The notes under the pieces were generated by a model, which was not told the DNA's origin, made no database searches, and was given only the letters and a program-made list of their open reading frames with translations. 64,000 nucleotides of DNA from Nitrospirota bacterium. Its GTDB lineage: Bacteria > Nitrospirota > Thermodesulfovibrionia > Thermodesulfovibrionales > Dissulfurispiraceae. Shown here piece by piece: positions 30,617 to 42,530 of this stretch. Where the stretch lies: assembly GCA_963710375.1 (NCBI GenBank), contig CAVPZX010000004.1, positions 160,001 through 224,000 on the forward strand. The letters are read 5' to 3'. How positions within the stretch are numbered: the stretch's first letter is position 1; the number at the start of each line of letters is the position of its first letter. Made by a program: the position numbers and the translations under genes.

Positions 30617-30973
30617 ATGAACTTTGTCTTAAATCTGCTCATCAACGCCTTTGCCCTCTGGGCAACTGCCAAAGTCATTTCAGGCATTAACTATAGCGGG
30701 CCCTGGTACGGGCTGCTGCTCGTTGCGCTGGTTTTCGGCGTGTTAAATGCTTTTGTGCGGCCGGTCCTGAAATTTCTTTCGTTACCGTTTGTTATTTTGA
30801 CGCTGGGACTGTTTATTTTTGTGCTTAATGCTTTTATGCTATGGCTTACAAGCGCAGCATCAAGGGCCCTCGATCTTGGATTTGTCGTTGCCGGTTTCTG
30901 GCCTGCTTTATGGGGTGCTCTGGTTATCAGCCTTATCAATATGATAATGTCTTGTGTTTTAAGACCGGAGTAG
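30617..30973 (+). CDS. 4-TM phage-holin-like membrane protein (YvlD/DUF360)
   Basis: LNAFVRPVLKFLSLP..LTLGLF..VLNA; GFWPALWGAL. Confidence 0.88.
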   Translation: MNFVLNLLINAFALWATAKVISGINYSGPWYGLLLVALVFGVLNAFVRPVLKFLSLPFVILTLGLFIFVLNAFMLWLTSAASRALDLGFVVAGFWPALWGALVISLINMIMSCVLRPE

Positions 30974-30978
30974 ATTCG

Positions 30979-33363
30979 TTGCTTAAGAGCGGACCAGATG
31001 ATTTGTTCTCCCTCAGTCTTCTTGAATTCAACAAACTGCTCGGTATAATCGCCGATTTTGCCCACAGCGATGCGTCACGTAAAGTTCTGCTCGCCATGTA
31101 TCCTCTGTCCGACAGGGGCAGTATTGAAAAGAGGCTCGGTCAAACCAGCGAGATTATGAGAATATATGACGGAGGCGGCACACTCTCGATACTCCAGTTT
31201 TCCGATATCGAACCGTTGCTTGCAAGGGTCGCCCCTGAAGGCGCGGTACTGGAAGCACTTGAACTCGCCGAATTCATGCCTGTCCTGGACAACATAAGCG
31301 CTATTGAATCGCAGATAAGGCAGCATGAGGGCCTATTACAACTGAATGAACTGGCGGATTCGCTGAACGGTTTTCCTGATATCCTTCGCGTTCTGGAGCG
31401 GTCGATTGACAGTGAGGGCAATATACTTGACAGCGCCTCACGGGAACTGGCCGAACTGAGGGGGCAGATACGCAGGCTTGAAAGCAGGATACGAAAAAAA
31501 CTTGAGGAACTGGTAAGGGACGTGGATGTAAGCGTCTTTCTGCAGGATGATTTTATTACCAACAGGTCAGGCAGGTGGGTAATTCCTGTAAGGATGGATT
31601 CCAAGGGACAGGTGCAGGGTGTCGTGCATGACGTCTCCAAATCAGGGGAGACTGCCTTTATCGAACCGTTGTCGATAATCAATCTTTCCAACGAGCTTGA
31701 AAACCTTGTTGCCGCGCAAAAATCCGAAGAGATACGCATTCTGAGGAGTATAAGCGCCAGGATCCGGGCGGCTGCCGGTTACATAGGTGTAGAGTATCGC
31801 ATTGTCGTTTACATTGATGCTGTGCATTGCATCGCAAGATTTGCCGATATGTTCCGCATGCAGATACCCCAGATCAACGAGTCGGGCGGTCTCTGCCTGG
31901 TGAATGCGCGTCATCCACTTCTGATGATGGCCCTTCAACGCGCCGGTGTCCGTCAAGAGGTTGTTCCTCTCAATGTCACTCTTGGGGGCGACTGCACTGT
32001 AATGGTAATCACTGGTTCCAATGCAGGGGGGAAGACCATTGCCATTAAAACAATAGGTCTGCTTCAGATCATGGCGCTGACCGGCATGCCTGTACCTGCT
32101 GATTCGGCCTCGAGTTTCCCTCTGTTTGATAAGCTGCTGATCGATATCGGGGACGAACAATCGATCGAAAACAATCTCTCCACTTTTTCAGCGCACATGT
32201 CGAATATTTCCAGAATACTGAAAGCGGCTGATGCAAGGGCGTTGGTACTTATTGATGAACTCGGCACCGGGACCGACCCTGACGAGGGGGGCGCCCTCGC
32301 ATGCGCTGTCTTAAAAGAACTGAAGGAAAGCAAAGCCCTTGTTTTTGCAACAACGCACCTTACGGAGATAAAAGGATTTGTATACAGGACCGAAGGCATG
32401 GTGAACGCCTCCATGGAATTCGATCAGGAAGCCCTGACTCCCTTGTACCGGTTAAGGATAGGTGAACCTGGGCAGTCGCACGCGCTCGAAATAGCCCGGC
32501 GATACGGTTTGCCCGACAGTATCGTAGACTCGGCAAAGGCCATGCTCGGCGGGATGAAAGTCGAATTTGACGATCTTATATCCGACCTGAGTGAAAAGAG
32601 GGACCATTACGAAAAGGCGCTGGATGATATCACTAAGGAGCGGCTGGTAATAGAGGAAAGGAACAGAGCCCTAGGAATAGCATTATCCGAGGCTGAATCC
32701 AGGCAGAAGCAATTGCTTGCAGATGCGTATCGCGAGGCGGCTGAGATTGTTGCCAAGGCAAAAAGAGAGATGCATGCCCTGCTCCAGGAGGCCAGGAAGA
32801 TGGACAGGGAGAAAAGCCGCGAGGCGATAAAGCAGGCTGAACTGGCTCAGGAAAGCCTTGTCGGGAAAATAACGGAGTATGAAGGCCCTGCAAACTACAG
32901 CGCTCCTTCGATAGACGAAATTATGGAAGGTGACGTGGTATATGTGAAATCACTGGCTGCCGACGCCCCTGTTGTGGAGATCAATCTGAAGCATAACCGC
33001 ATCAAGGTAAAAGCCGGGGGCAAAGAGGTAGAGGTGCCCGCATCTGAAATAGCACACCGCCGGGGCAAGCCGGCAACAGCGCGGCAGGAGCCCGTAACCA
33101 TCCTCAAGCCCGACGATGAGGCTGTTTCACGAATCAATCTTGTGGGCAAGAGGGTTGACGAAGCGCTCTCTCAGCTCGAACCATTTCTAAATCACGCTTC
33201 CCTTGCCGGATTCAGCGAGGTCACTGTTGTCCACGGCATCGGAGCGGGAATACTTCTAAAGGCAGTAAGGGAGCATGTTGAGCACCACCCGCTTGTGAAG
33301 AGTTTCAGAAGAGGAGAGCCCCGGGAAGGCGGCAACGGCGTGACCATATTGACGATGACGTAA
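30979..33363 (+). CDS. mutS2: MutS2 family ATPase/endonuclease with Smr domain
   Basis: VHDVSKSGETAFIEP, TGSNAGGKT, DIGDEQS, DELGTGTDP, HGIGAG; TTG start after GGAG. Confidence 0.95.
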   Translation: MLKSGPDDLFSLSLLEFNKLLGIIADFAHSDASRKVLLAMYPLSDRGSIEKRLGQTSEIMRIYDGGGTLSILQFSDIEPLLARVAPEGAVLEALELAEFMPVLDNISAIESQIRQHEGLLQLNELADSLNGFPDILRVLERSIDSEGNILDSASRELAELRGQIRRLESRIRKKLEELVRDVDVSVFLQDDFITNRSGRWVIPVRMDSKGQVQGVVHDVSKSGETAFIEPLSIINLSNELENLVAAQKSEEIRILRSISARIRAAAGYIGVEYRIVVYIDAVHCIARFADMFRMQIPQINESGGLCLVNARHPLLMMALQRAGVRQEVVPLNVTLGGDCTVMVITGSNAGGKTIAIKTIGLLQIMALTGMPVPADSASSFPLFDKLLIDIGDEQSIENNLSTFSAHMSNISRILKAADARALVLIDELGTGTDPDEGGALACAVLKELKESKALVFATTHLTEIKGFVYRTEGMVNASMEFDQEALTPLYRLRIGEPGQSHALEIARRYGLPDSIVDSAKAMLGGMKVEFDDLISDLSEKRDHYEKALDDITKERLVIEERNRALGIALSEAESRQKQLLADAYREAAEIVAKAKREMHALLQEARKMDREKSREAIKQAELAQESLVGKITEYEGPANYSAPSIDEIMEGDVVYVKSLAADAPVVEINLKHNRIKVKAGGKEVEVPASEIAHRRGKPATARQEPVTILKPDDEAVSRINLVGKRVDEALSQLEPFLNHASLAGFSEVTVVHGIGAGILLKAVREHVEHHPLVKSFRRGEPREGGNGVTILTMT

Positions 33364-33372
33364 AGTAAGATG

Positions 33373-33426
33373 AAGGTTAACGCAGGCACTTTTTTTATCT
33401 TAACCTTAACCTTTACCTCTGCCTGC
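33373..33426. repeat. Degenerate inverted hexamer repeat (AGGTTA/TAACCT)
   Basis: aaggttaa ... ttaacc ttaacc tttacc tctgcc. Confidence 0.6.
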
Positions 33427-33462
33427 TTTTAGTAGTAACATAGGTTACTTTTCCAGGAGGGG

Positions 33463-34848
33463 ATGCGGATAAAGCTTATGGCAAGGTGTGAGTACATTAT
33501 GGAGCGCATCGAGAGCAAGAAGAACGATTTCCTCTCCTATGATTTCTCCCAGACAGAAAGCAATGCGTTGGCGGCATTTTTTGATCTGGCACAGGAGTTT
33601 GACGGTATCGAGGATTTTTATTGCCTATGCACTGCCATCCCAAAGGCGTTCTTTGGCCTGGAAGCCAGATTTTATGTTATAGATCCCAAAGTGAATGGTT
33701 TGGCGCTTGTCGCCAAAACCGAAGAGGACGGATCTCCGCTGCGTACAGAGCCCCCTTCTTTTTTGCAGCCGGGCGAACGTCCCTATCATACCGACAGCTC
33801 AAGCCTGGTACTGACGATCCGGGGGAAAGAATTCTTAATTGACCATCTGCCTTTTAAAACTAAGGACAACGTACTCGGACTTCTAGAAATTTATCCCGAT
33901 GCTGGTGTTGACTCCCACCGCGAACTTTTTTTCGAAAAATTTGCCAACAGGATTGGTTTTAATATTCATAACCGTTTTCTTGTCGATAGAAACGTTGAGC
34001 ACCTCAAATTCATCAAGTCTCTCGTTGCAGATATTGAGCACAATATAATCATTCCTAATATGGTATATAAACTTTTTCTGAGACGGCTGAAGGGCAAGAT
34101 CACAAAGAATGTGGAAATAGAGCATCTCCTTTACAGTCTGTCAATTGATGACCCCTGCGACAAGTCCCAAATGGACCTTGCCCTTACAGAGCTTATGGAC
34201 GTTAACCATGGGTTGAATGAGGAGTTTGATAATATTGAAAAGCATTACCGGAATATGAGCCTGTTTCTCGAAACCCTGCTGCGCAGGAGCCATTTTGATC
34301 AGGGTCGCCTTACCTTGCGCACTACACCCTGCAATATAAAGCAGGATGTAGTACAGCCGCAGCTTGAGCGGTTCCTCGATCACTTCAGGGAAATGGGTAT
34401 TGCCATCGATGATAAATTCGGCGGTCTTCCAAGTGAAGAGACCATAAGCGTTGTGGATATCGGGCTTGTCGCCCAGGTGTACGCCAACCTTTTTTCGAAT
34501 GCCCTCAAATATACTGAGGAGGTTGTTACCTCTACCGGCGAAACGAAAAAATACATAGCATACGGACGCGAGATTATCAGGGACTATTTCGGGCCAGGCA
34601 AAGACGGGGTAAAATATAATGTTTTCAGCACGGGGCCGCACATCGACCCGGATGAACGGGAAAAGATATTTGAAGAGGGATACCGGGGATCCAATGCAGT
34701 CAAGAGGCCAGGGACCGGACATGGCCTGGCATTTGTAAAAAATGCCGTTGAGATACACGGAGGCGTGGTCGGATATGAGGCAACCCAATACGGCAATAAC
34801 TTTTATTTTGTCTTCCCCAGAGACAACGATAACGTAACAAGCCTATGA
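33463..34848 (+). CDS. Soluble histidine kinase-like ATPase
   Basis: NLFSNALKY, IFEEGYRG, GTGHGLAFVK..HGG; atypical H-box (DIEHN); start uncertain. Confidence 0.8.
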   Translation: MRIKLMARCEYIMERIESKKNDFLSYDFSQTESNALAAFFDLAQEFDGIEDFYCLCTAIPKAFFGLEARFYVIDPKVNGLALVAKTEEDGSPLRTEPPSFLQPGERPYHTDSSSLVLTIRGKEFLIDHLPFKTKDNVLGLLEIYPDAGVDSHRELFFEKFANRIGFNIHNRFLVDRNVEHLKFIKSLVADIEHNIIIPNMVYKLFLRRLKGKITKNVEIEHLLYSLSIDDPCDKSQMDLALTELMDVNHGLNEEFDNIEKHYRNMSLFLETLLRRSHFDQGRLTLRTTPCNIKQDVVQPQLERFLDHFREMGIAIDDKFGGLPSEETISVVDIGLVAQVYANLFSNALKYTEEVVTSTGETKKYIAYGREIIRDYFGPGKDGVKYNVFSTGPHIDPDEREKIFEEGYRGSNAVKRPGTGHGLAFVKNAVEIHGGVVGYEATQYGNNFYFVFPRDNDNVTSL

Positions 34849-34881
34849 AGCAGCGATTGATGGGTAAAGATTGGTGGTCAA

Positions 34882-35355
34882 TTGAAAACTCATGACCGGC
34901 CTTTTGTGGAAATTTATGCGGACGGCGCTTGCAGCGGCAATCCTGGCGTAGGCGGATACGGCGCTATCCTGCGTTCGGGGCAAAAAGAAAAGGAACTGTC
35001 AGGATGCGAACAGATGACAACCAATAATAGGATGGAACTGTTCGGTGTCATTACTGCGCTTGAGCTGCTTAAGAAACCGTGCAGGATAAGGGTGATAACC
35101 GATTCGACTTATGTGGCTAAAGGAATGACCGAATGGGTAAGCGGATGGATCAGGAACAAGTGGAAAACCTCTCAGAAAAAGGATGTGCTCAACAGAGATC
35201 TCTGGGAGAGGCTGCTTAAGGCGGCCGGTCCGCATGAAATAGAATGGACATGGGTCAGGGGACACAACGGGCATTATGAGAATGAGAAATGCGACCGGCT
35301 GGCAAGGAGTGCTATAGAAGCTTGCAGGGAGCGTATAGTCCGTGAAAAAGCCTGA
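34882..35355 (+). CDS. rnhA: Ribonuclease HI
   Basis: [32 protein letters not shown]. Confidence 0.97.
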   Translation: MKTHDRPFVEIYADGACSGNPGVGGYGAILRSGQKEKELSGCEQMTTNNRMELFGVITALELLKKPCRIRVITDSTYVAKGMTEWVSGWIRNKWKTSQKKDVLNRDLWERLLKAAGPHEIEWTWVRGHNGHYENEKCDRLARSAIEACRERIVREKA

Positions 35356-36562
35356 ACTGCTTGCCCCTGCTGGTGATTTCGAGAAACTGAAGACTGCGGT
35401 ACACTATGGGGCTGACGCGGTTTATCTCGGCGATTCGAGATTCAGCCTGAGGGGGAAAGCCGGAAACTTTGCAGGCGAGGAGTTGCGTGCCGCAGTTCAC
35501 TATGCTAGGGCGCATAATGTACGCGCGTATGTAACGGTCAATATTTTTCCTCACAACAGGGACCTGCCTGCCCTAGAAGAGCATATAGAGCAACTTGGCG
35601 AAATAGCACCTGATGCCGTTATCGTATCCGACCCTGGACTTTTTGTACTCGTCAAAAAAAAAGCACCCAATTTACCGCTTCATATCAGCACCCAGGCGAA
35701 CATCACCAATGTTGCTGCCGCGCGGTTCTGGGAGGACAGCGGTGCAAGGCGGCTTGTACTTTCCAGGGAATTGTCGCTGGATGAGATAGGAGAAATCCGT
35801 AAGAAGACTTCTATCGAGCTCGAAATTTTCGTCCACGGCTCAATCTGCATATCCTATTCAGGACGGTGTTATATCAGCAGCTTTCTCGCTTCCCGTGGGG
35901 CCAATACCGGGGAATGCACTAATTCTTGCAGATGGAACTATGCACTGGTGGAGGAAAAGCGCCACGGGGAGTATTTCCCTGTTTTCGAGGACAGCCGTGG
36001 CACGTATCTGATGAGTTCCAAAGACCTGTGTATGCTGCCGCACCTGCCTCTTCTCATGGGCGCGGGCATTGACAGCTTTAAGATAGAAGGGAGGATGAAG
36101 GGGATCAATTATGTTGCGGGGGTTGTGAAGGTCTACAGGGAGGCGATAGATTCGATTAAAGCCGGCGAAGCCTATTGCGTAAAAAAAAGGTGGGCTGACG
36201 AGCTTGCAATGTTCAGCAGCAGGGGGTATACCACCGGAATGTTCTTTGGAAAACAGCCGGACTCCGATTATAATTTTGACGGTGAAAGCTACCGTATGAG
36301 CCATGAACTGGTAGGCGTTGTGTTGGAAGTGAACGATGGGCATGCCAGGATTGCGCTCAGGAACAGGCTTGATAAAGGCGATGTCGTTGAATACCTCACT
36401 CCAGGCCTTGAAGGAACCCCTTTTCCTGTTGATTCGATGCTCGATGAGGAGGGCGCTGCAATAACCTCTGCAAGGAATGAAGATATAATTTCAATCAATG
36501 CTCCAAATGGGATCAGGGGAAATGACCTCATTCGCAGGAAGAAGGTTATTCTGCATACTTAA
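35342..36562 (+). CDS. U32 peptidase family (TrhP-like tRNA hydroxylation protein)
   Basis: [43 protein letters not shown]. Confidence 0.93.
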   Translation: MKKPELLAPAGDFEKLKTAVHYGADAVYLGDSRFSLRGKAGNFAGEELRAAVHYARAHNVRAYVTVNIFPHNRDLPALEEHIEQLGEIAPDAVIVSDPGLFVLVKKKAPNLPLHISTQANITNVAAARFWEDSGARRLVLSRELSLDEIGEIRKKTSIELEIFVHGSICISYSGRCYISSFLASRGANTGECTNSCRWNYALVEEKRHGEYFPVFEDSRGTYLMSSKDLCMLPHLPLLMGAGIDSFKIEGRMKGINYVAGVVKVYREAIDSIKAGEAYCVKKRWADELAMFSSRGYTTGMFFGKQPDSDYNFDGESYRMSHELVGVVLEVNDGHARIALRNRLDKGDVVEYLTPGLEGTPFPVDSMLDEEGAAITSARNEDIISINAPNGIRGNDLIRRKKVILHT

Positions 36563-36651
36563 TAATGCTTTCCGGCTTGCGGATGATTATCTGAGGTTTC
36601 GCTGCTGAGGTATCATGATTTGACATGTCTAATCTCCTTTTATTGACTGCA

Positions 36652-37790
36652 TTAAAAATGCCTGTCGGCCTCTTCTCCGGACAGCCTTTTGACCCCCGGC
36701 TCCCAGGCGCTTGTCTGCCAGTTATCTAAGTGGCCCGGCTCGGCGATCCAGGGTGGAACGCCGAGGGAGAGATATCTGGACATGGAATGGATGTAAGGTT
36801 CATACATCTTGCGCAGCTCAATAAGCTGTTTGTCAACGTCGTCTCCCTTCCTGAGGTCTATCCCCACATTCGAGAGTTCAGCGCGAAGACGCACAAGTTC
36901 GGCAGGCGGCAGGCGGTCAACTTTCAGTTTGTGCGGCGGACGGTTGAGTACGAAGGAGAGGTCTACTATCGCGTGCCTCGCGATCGCAAAGGTGAGTTCC
37001 GCCTGTCTTTTGCAGACTGCCTTCCATCCCCGTGATGACAAGAGCGCAGGTGTCCAGAATCGCCGATAGCGCGGCGACCCACGACTGGTTATCGTGCTGT
37101 GATCTGAAATAGACAAGTACGGGATAGGAAAGATGGCTTTCCATTATCTCAGAAGCCCACAGCTCCCACTCGCCGAGGCTGGCGTAGAAGCGCTTCGTTC
37201 ACGTTATGCCGGCATTGCCTGAGAAGCATACCAGCGGCTGTAGGAGGCGAGCCTGCGCGTGCATCGAGGATTGAAATGTTCACCTCACGCCTTGAGAAAG
37301 ATTGGTTAAGAGCCGGGAGGTATCCTATCACAAGGGCCAGCAGACCCAGGCCGATGCCGGATTCGATTACTGTGAGCGCACGCGCGCAGACCGAAACAGG
37401 CCTGACATCTCCGAGCCCGAGTGTGAAAAAGGTGGTCCCGCTCAAATAAAGATCTGTGGCAAAACCTGCCGTCCCTTCAGGGGTGTTGACCGGCGATCCC
37501 ATGCCCCAGTTCAGTAAGGCAAACCCAAAGACAGCCCCTGCAGCCCAGATGCTCAAAAGTACGATAAGCGAAAGAGGGCCATAATAACTCAGATATGTCT
37601 CCTGCCGTTTCCCCTTCACAATATGCCTGATAAGAAAGGACCAGAGCATCCACGTGTAACGATAGAAAAGTCTTGTGAGCCGGTACTTCCGCGTTACTCT
37701 GCGCGGAAGTACTATGGTCTCGAAAGCATCCCAGAGCACGAGAAAGATGATTGCTACACCCAGGATTGCGAAGAGAAAGATCACCCGCAC
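36652..37790 (-). CDS. Two-TM potassium-channel-family protein, two +1 frameshifts (37016 and 37177/8)
   Basis: YLSGTTFFTLGLGD pore motif; three consecutive frames join as ...QLGEWELWASEIMESHLSYP...GMEGSCKRQAELTF. Confidence 0.85.
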
Positions 37791-37875
37791 CTCCGCTGAT
37801 ATTTAGTACCCAAGATATAGAAATCATAGCACTAAAAAAATGGGAAATCTATTATGTGGCAGGCAAAGTTTGTTC

Positions 37876-38109
37876 TCAGTTGTCTTTTTGCAATCTGGGC
37901 TTTGCGCCCAGTTTATACAGGACATTTGCCATCAGGCAGAATCCGGTAAATGCAAACACGATGAGGTTGATGCCTACCAGTGCTGTCAGTATCAGCCAAT
38001 ATGGGCTGTGGACCCATGCCAGTACAGCGCTCGACAGGGAGAATATGCCTGCTATGAGCCAGATAATCCGTTCGAGATACCACGTATCGGTTTTTGCAAT
38101 ATACATCAC
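37876..38109 (-). CDS. DUF2892 (YgaP-like) small membrane protein
   Basis: [23 protein letters not shown]; overlaps the RND stop codon. Confidence 0.88.
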   Translation of the reverse strand: MMYIAKTDTWYLERIIWLIAGIFSLSSAVLAWVHSPYWLILTALVGINLIVFAFTGFCLMANVLYKLGAKPRLQKDN

Positions 38110-41100
38110 GTCCTCCTTTTTTTATACATATAATAAAGTACAGGTACCATTGTCCTCGACAGAAATGTCGAGGCAACCTCACCGGCCATAAGCGATATTG
38201 CCATGCCTTGAAATATGGGATCAAACAGAATCACCGACGACCCCACTACTACCGCAGCAGCGGTAAGAAGCATTGGCCTGAACCGTATGACGCCGGCCTG
38301 AACTACGGCTTCTTTGAGTGGCACCCCCTCTGAGAGTTTAAGCTCGATAAAGTCAACCAGTATTATGGAATTTCTGACGACTATTCCGGCCCCTGCAATG
38401 AACCCTATCATGGAGGTTGCTGTAAAGAACGCCCCCATCAGTGCATGGCCCGGCAAGATTCCTACAAGTGAAAGCGGGATCGGGGCCATGATGACAAGCG
38501 GCACCATGAAAGACTTGAACCAGCCTACGACCATTATATAGATCAAAACCAACACCGCCGCGAAGGCGATGCCCAAATCCCTGAAGACCTCATAGGTAAT
38601 GTGCCATTCGCCGTCCCATTTCATGGAATAGGTATTTTCGAGCCAGGGCTGGACAGTGGAATATTGCTTCAGCTCATATCCACCGGGCAATTTAATTTTG
38701 CTCACAGCCTGCTTCATTTTTAATATGGCGTAGACAGGGCTTTCTTCACTTCCGGCAACATCGCCGGTCACATATACAACCCGTTTCAGATTCTTGTGGT
38801 AAATGGTTTTGTCCTCTATCCCGTTCTTTATTTTCACCAGTTCGGAAAGCGGTACCATGGTACCAGAAGGCGAGGGCACTCCAATCTCTCCAAGTTTGTC
38901 AACTCCTGCCCTTTCGGCAAGCGGCGCCCTCATAAAAAGCTGAACAGGCTCCTTATCTTTTTCAATGTGTACCAGCCCCGCAGTCATACCCCCCAGTACC
39001 GCCTTGAGCGTCTGTGATACCGCTTCGGTACTGATGCCGTTGTATGAAGCCTTTTCCTTGTCGACATCAAAGGATATCTTCTGCTGGTCATCCTCAACGG
39101 ACCAATCGGTATCAACTACACCACCCGTTCTGTTGAATATTTCCTTTATCTTCCTTGCAACTGCTATCTGCCCATCGAAATCAGGCCCATAAATTTCAGC
39201 GACGAGAGTGCTCTGCACAGGAGGGCCGGGCGGTATTTCAACTACCTTGATCCTCGCGTTATAACGGTCCGCGATTTTTTTTATTCCCGGCCTTATCCTT
39301 TTTGCTATATCGTGGCTATGTGCCGTTCTTTCATCCCGTGGAACAAAATTGACCTGTATATCGGCTTCGTTCCTTCCCGAACGCAGGTAGTAGTGGCGCA
39401 CCAGACCGTTGAAATTAAACGGCGCCGCAGTGCCGATATAAGACTGATAATTGGTGACCTCCGGTACTGTTTTCAGGTATTCGCCGATCTGCCGTGCCAA
39501 CTCAGCAGTGTCCTCAAGTGCAGCGCTCTCTGGCATGTCGATAATGACCTGAAGTTCGTTCTTGTTGTCAAAAGGCAGCATTTTAACGGTCACAAGCTTC
39601 AGCGGGACAAGTGCGATGGCGCTGCCGAGCATCAGAAGAACGAGGATTATTCCTATAGTTCGCTTCCTGCTGTTTTCGAGCAGCCCCCTTAGATTTTTTT
39701 CATAAACGCGGTTCAGCACAGCAAAGAAGCGGCTTTCCGCTTTTTCTTTCTGCTCCTCACCGCCCCTTTTCGTACCTTTAAGCACGATATAGCTCAACCA
39801 GGGGCTGATAATGAAAGCAATAAGCAGGGAAAGAAGCATGGCGGCTGATGCGCCAACAGGAATAGGCCGCATATAAGGACCCATCAGACCTGACACGAAT
39901 GCCATTGGCAGGAGCGCGGCTATGACCGCAAAGGTGGCCAATATGGTGGGATTCCCCACCTCGTCAACTGCGAGCACCGCAGTTTCCCGGTCAACAGATT
40001 TTGCCCTGAAATGGCGGTGTATGTTCTCGACAACAACAATGGCATCGTCAACCAGAATGCCTATAGAAAAAATGAGGGCGAAGAGTGTGACCCTGTTGAG
40101 TGTATAGCCATGCATATAATTGACCAGGATGGTAAGGGCCAGGGTAACCGGCACTGCAACGCCAACTACTAACGATTCTCTCCATCCCAGGGCGAGCGCG
40201 ATAAGGATTGTTACAGAGATGGCTGCGATGAGCATGTGCTCAAGAAGCTCGTCGGATTTTTCTTTGGCGGTGACTCCATAGTTCCGGGTAGTAGTGATCT
40301 CTACATCCGAGGGGATCACCGTTCCCTTTATTGCAGCTATTTTCCTTAGGGCCCTTTCTGCGATGTGTGTTGCATTGGTCCCTTTTTTCTTTGCTATCGT
40401 AATAGTAACAGCCTCGTATTGCCCTGCGGGGCTGCCCTGATCACCATTCAATGCTTCTTTTTCTTCACGAGCAGCAGCCGGGCCAAAGCCCATAAAAACA
40501 TACTTTGCAGGCTCTTCCGGGCCATCGCTTATACTTGCCACGTCTCTTAAGTACACCGGCCTGATGTTTGAAACTCCTACCACCACATTTCCGACATCCT
40601 GGGCGTTCTTAAGAAATGAGCCTGTTTCAACCAGGAAATCATTATTGCCCGAGGGGAATTCACCTGAGGGCAGCACAAAGTTGGCTTTTTGCAGCGTGCC
40701 GGCAATCTGCAGCGGTGAGAGAGAGTACGCTCTAAGGCGTATTGGATCCATGACTATTTTTAGCTGCCGTTTCTGACCGCCTATAATGGTAGTTTCAGCA
40801 ACGTCGGAATCCTTTTTCAGCTCCCCCGCAACCTCCTGTGCAACCCGCCTCAGCTCATATCCGTTATACCTCCGGCTCCAGAGGGTGAATGTAAGTATGG
40901 GAACTTCGTCAATTGATTTAGGCTTGACCAGAGGTTGAGATACGCCGGGAGGAATTTTGTCGTAATTGGACATTAATTTGTTATAGAGTTTTACAATGCT
41001 GCTCTCCATGTCCTGCCCGACATAAAACCTGACAATCGCCATGCTCATGCCGGGTCTTGAGATGCTATAGATGTATTCGACACCCTTTATTTCCCATAGG

Positions 41101-41327
41101 AACTTCTCCATAGGCCTGGTGACAAGCTCTTCGACTTCTTTTGCAGAGGCGCCGGGGTAGGAGACCATCACATCGATCATCGGGACAACTATCTGCGGCT
41201 CTTCCTCACGCGGCGTTACGACCACTGCAAATACGCCCAGGACCAGCGAGGCAATGACAATCAGGGGAGTCAGCCTGGAGTTGATAAAGGCCCTTGCGAT
41301 GCGGCCTGCCAATCCTAAGTGCTTCAC
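38106..41327 (-). CDS. RND efflux transporter permease
   Basis: [41 protein letters not shown]. Confidence 0.96.
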   Translation of the reverse strand: MKHLGLAGRIARAFINSRLTPLIVIASLVLGVFAVVVTPREEEPQIVVPMIDVMVSYPGASAKEVEELVTRPMEKFLWEIKGVEYIYSISRPGMSMAIVRFYVGQDMESSIVKLYNKLMSNYDKIPPGVSQPLVKPKSIDEVPILTFTLWSRRYNGYELRRVAQEVAGELKKDSDVAETTIIGGQKRQLKIVMDPIRLRAYSLSPLQIAGTLQKANFVLPSGEFPSGNNDFLVETGSFLKNAQDVGNVVVGVSNIRPVYLRDVASISDGPEEPAKYVFMGFGPAAAREEKEALNGDQGSPAGQYEAVTITIAKKKGTNATHIAERALRKIAAIKGTVIPSDVEITTTRNYGVTAKEKSDELLEHMLIAAISVTILIALALGWRESLVVGVAVPVTLALTILVNYMHGYTLNRVTLFALIFSIGILVDDAIVVVENIHRHFRAKSVDRETAVLAVDEVGNPTILATFAVIAALLPMAFVSGLMGPYMRPIPVGASAAMLLSLLIAFIISPWLSYIVLKGTKRGGEEQKEKAESRFFAVLNRVYEKNLRGLLENSRKRTIGIILVLLMLGSAIALVPLKLVTVKMLPFDNKNELQVIIDMPESAALEDTAELARQIGEYLKTVPEVTNYQSYIGTAAPFNFNGLVRHYYLRSGRNEADIQVNFVPRDERTAHSHDIAKRIRPGIKKIADRYNARIKVVEIPPGPPVQSTLVAEIYGPDFDGQIAVARKIKEIFNRTGGVVDTDWSVEDDQQKISFDVDKEKASYNGISTEAVSQTLKAVLGGMTAGLVHIEKDKEPVQLFMRAPLAERAGVDKLGEIGVPSPSGTMVPLSELVKIKNGIEDKTIYHKNLKRVVYVTGDVAGSEESPVYAILKMKQAVSKIKLPGGYELKQYSTVQPWLENTYSMKWDGEWHITYEVFRDLGIAFAAVLVLIYIMVVGWFKSFMVPLVIMAPIPLSLVGILPGHALMGAFFTATSMIGFIAGAGIVVRNSIILVDFIELKLSEGVPLKEAVVQAGVIRFRPMLLTAAAVVVGSSVILFDPIFQGMAISLMAGEVASTFLSRTMVPVLYYMYKKRRT

Positions 41328-42517
41328 TGTAGCTTCATCCCGGAAACTATGCCGCCATCGACAGCGCTCGATATACTATCAATGATGACCCGGTCATTTG
41401 GATTTATTCCAGAAAGAATTTCGACATTATTGCCGTAATGACTGCCCGGCCTCACGAGACGGAATGAAATGATGCCGCCCTGATCAACCGCGTATACGCC
41501 TGTAAGCTCTCCTTTTTGGACTATTGCCTTGTCCGGTAAGACAATGGCAATCTTCTTACCGGTGGGTATCTTTACGCGGGCGTAAAGTCCTGTCCGTAAT
41601 AAAGGACCTGTGAGAGCAATCTTCGCGATGAACGTTCTTGACAGGGGATCGATTGAGGGGACAATTTCGGTGATCCTTCCTCTCAACTGCTGGTTGGTGG
41701 CGTCAACGGCAATATCGACAGGTGTTCCGGTAGTGACTTTACCGGTGAGATGCTCGTCAAGATTGGCTTCAAGGACAAATGAGGACACATCTTCCACTGT
41801 AAGGAGGGGAACTCCAGGCACAGCCATGCTGCCGCGCTCTGTTTTCTTTTCGGTTATAACGCCTGAGACCGGGGATAATATGGTCGTGAAATCACGATTG
41901 ACCCGCGCCTCGTTGAACAATGCCTTGGACCTCTCGTAATCCAATTCGGCGATTTTTTTCTGTGTCTCTATCTGATCTATCTCCTGTTGTGACAGCGCCT
42001 TCTCGTCATAAAGCTTCCTGTATCTCCCGTATGTTATATCAGCCAGGGATCTGTTTTGCTCTGCAGACTCAACGGCTTTCTCAGCAGCGACAACTCTTTG
42101 CACTGCATCTCTGTCATCGACTGTCAGGAGCACCTGTCCCGCGTGGACCCGGTCGCCTTCTTTCACCCTGAGCGAGGTGACGGCGCCCAGCGTTCTTGAG
42201 GCAATCTGGCTAATGGTTTTCGCCCTGATGGTGCCTGATGTTTCAAAATATTCCTCTACCTCGGATGGGTGCACCTCTGTGACAGTTACCCCATCTACTG
42301 TTTGCCTGCTTACAGCTGCGGGCCCGACCTTTTCCTTGCAGCCGGACAACAAAATGCAAAGAGCAAAGAGCATAGCGGAGATAAAGGCGAGTCCGATGCG
42401 GTTGCCTGAACTTGAGAAGTTGAGAACTTGTGAAGGTGTGAACTTATGAAGGTTTAGTTGCTCAACTTCGCAACTTCCCATCTTCTCACGTTCAATCTTT
42501 CCTTTGTGGTTAGTCAT
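41324..42517 (-). CDS. RND periplasmic adaptor (MFP) lipoprotein
   Basis: LSGC lipobox, [30 protein letters not shown]; start may be 42538. Confidence 0.93.
   Translation of the reverse strand: MTNHKGKIEREKMGSCEVEQLNLHKFTPSQVLNFSSSGNRIGLAFISAMLFALCILLSGCKEKVGPAAVSRQTVDGVTVTEVHPSEVEEYFETSGTIRAKTISQIASRTLGAVTSLRVKEGDRVHAGQVLLTVDDRDAVQRVVAAEKAVESAEQNRSLADITYGRYRKLYDEKALSQQEIDQIETQKKIAELDYERSKALFNEARVNRDFTTILSPVSGVITEKKTERGSMAVPGVPLLTVEDVSSFVLEANLDEHLTGKVTTGTPVDIAVDATNQQLRGRITEIVPSIDPLSRTFIAKIALTGPLLRTGLYARVKIPTGKKIAIVLPDKAIVQKGELTGVYAVDQGGIISFRLVRPGSHYGNNVEILSGINPNDRVIIDSISSAVDGGIVSGMKLQ
42407..42488. repeat. Inverted octamer tandem repeat inside the MFP N-terminus
   Basis: aacttgag aagttgag aacttgtg aaggtgtg aacttatg ... 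ctcaactt cgcaactt cccatctt. Confidence 0.75.
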
Positions 42518-42530
42518 ACTTCCCTCCATT

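Noticed and set aside
30617..30973. Holin-like gene as evidence of a prophage
   Set aside because: The family is commonly chromosomal, and no phage genes are nearby
30841..30978. Extended N-terminus of the MutS2 ORF
   Set aside because: Overlaps the holin-like gene; TTG at 30979 has an SD and fits better
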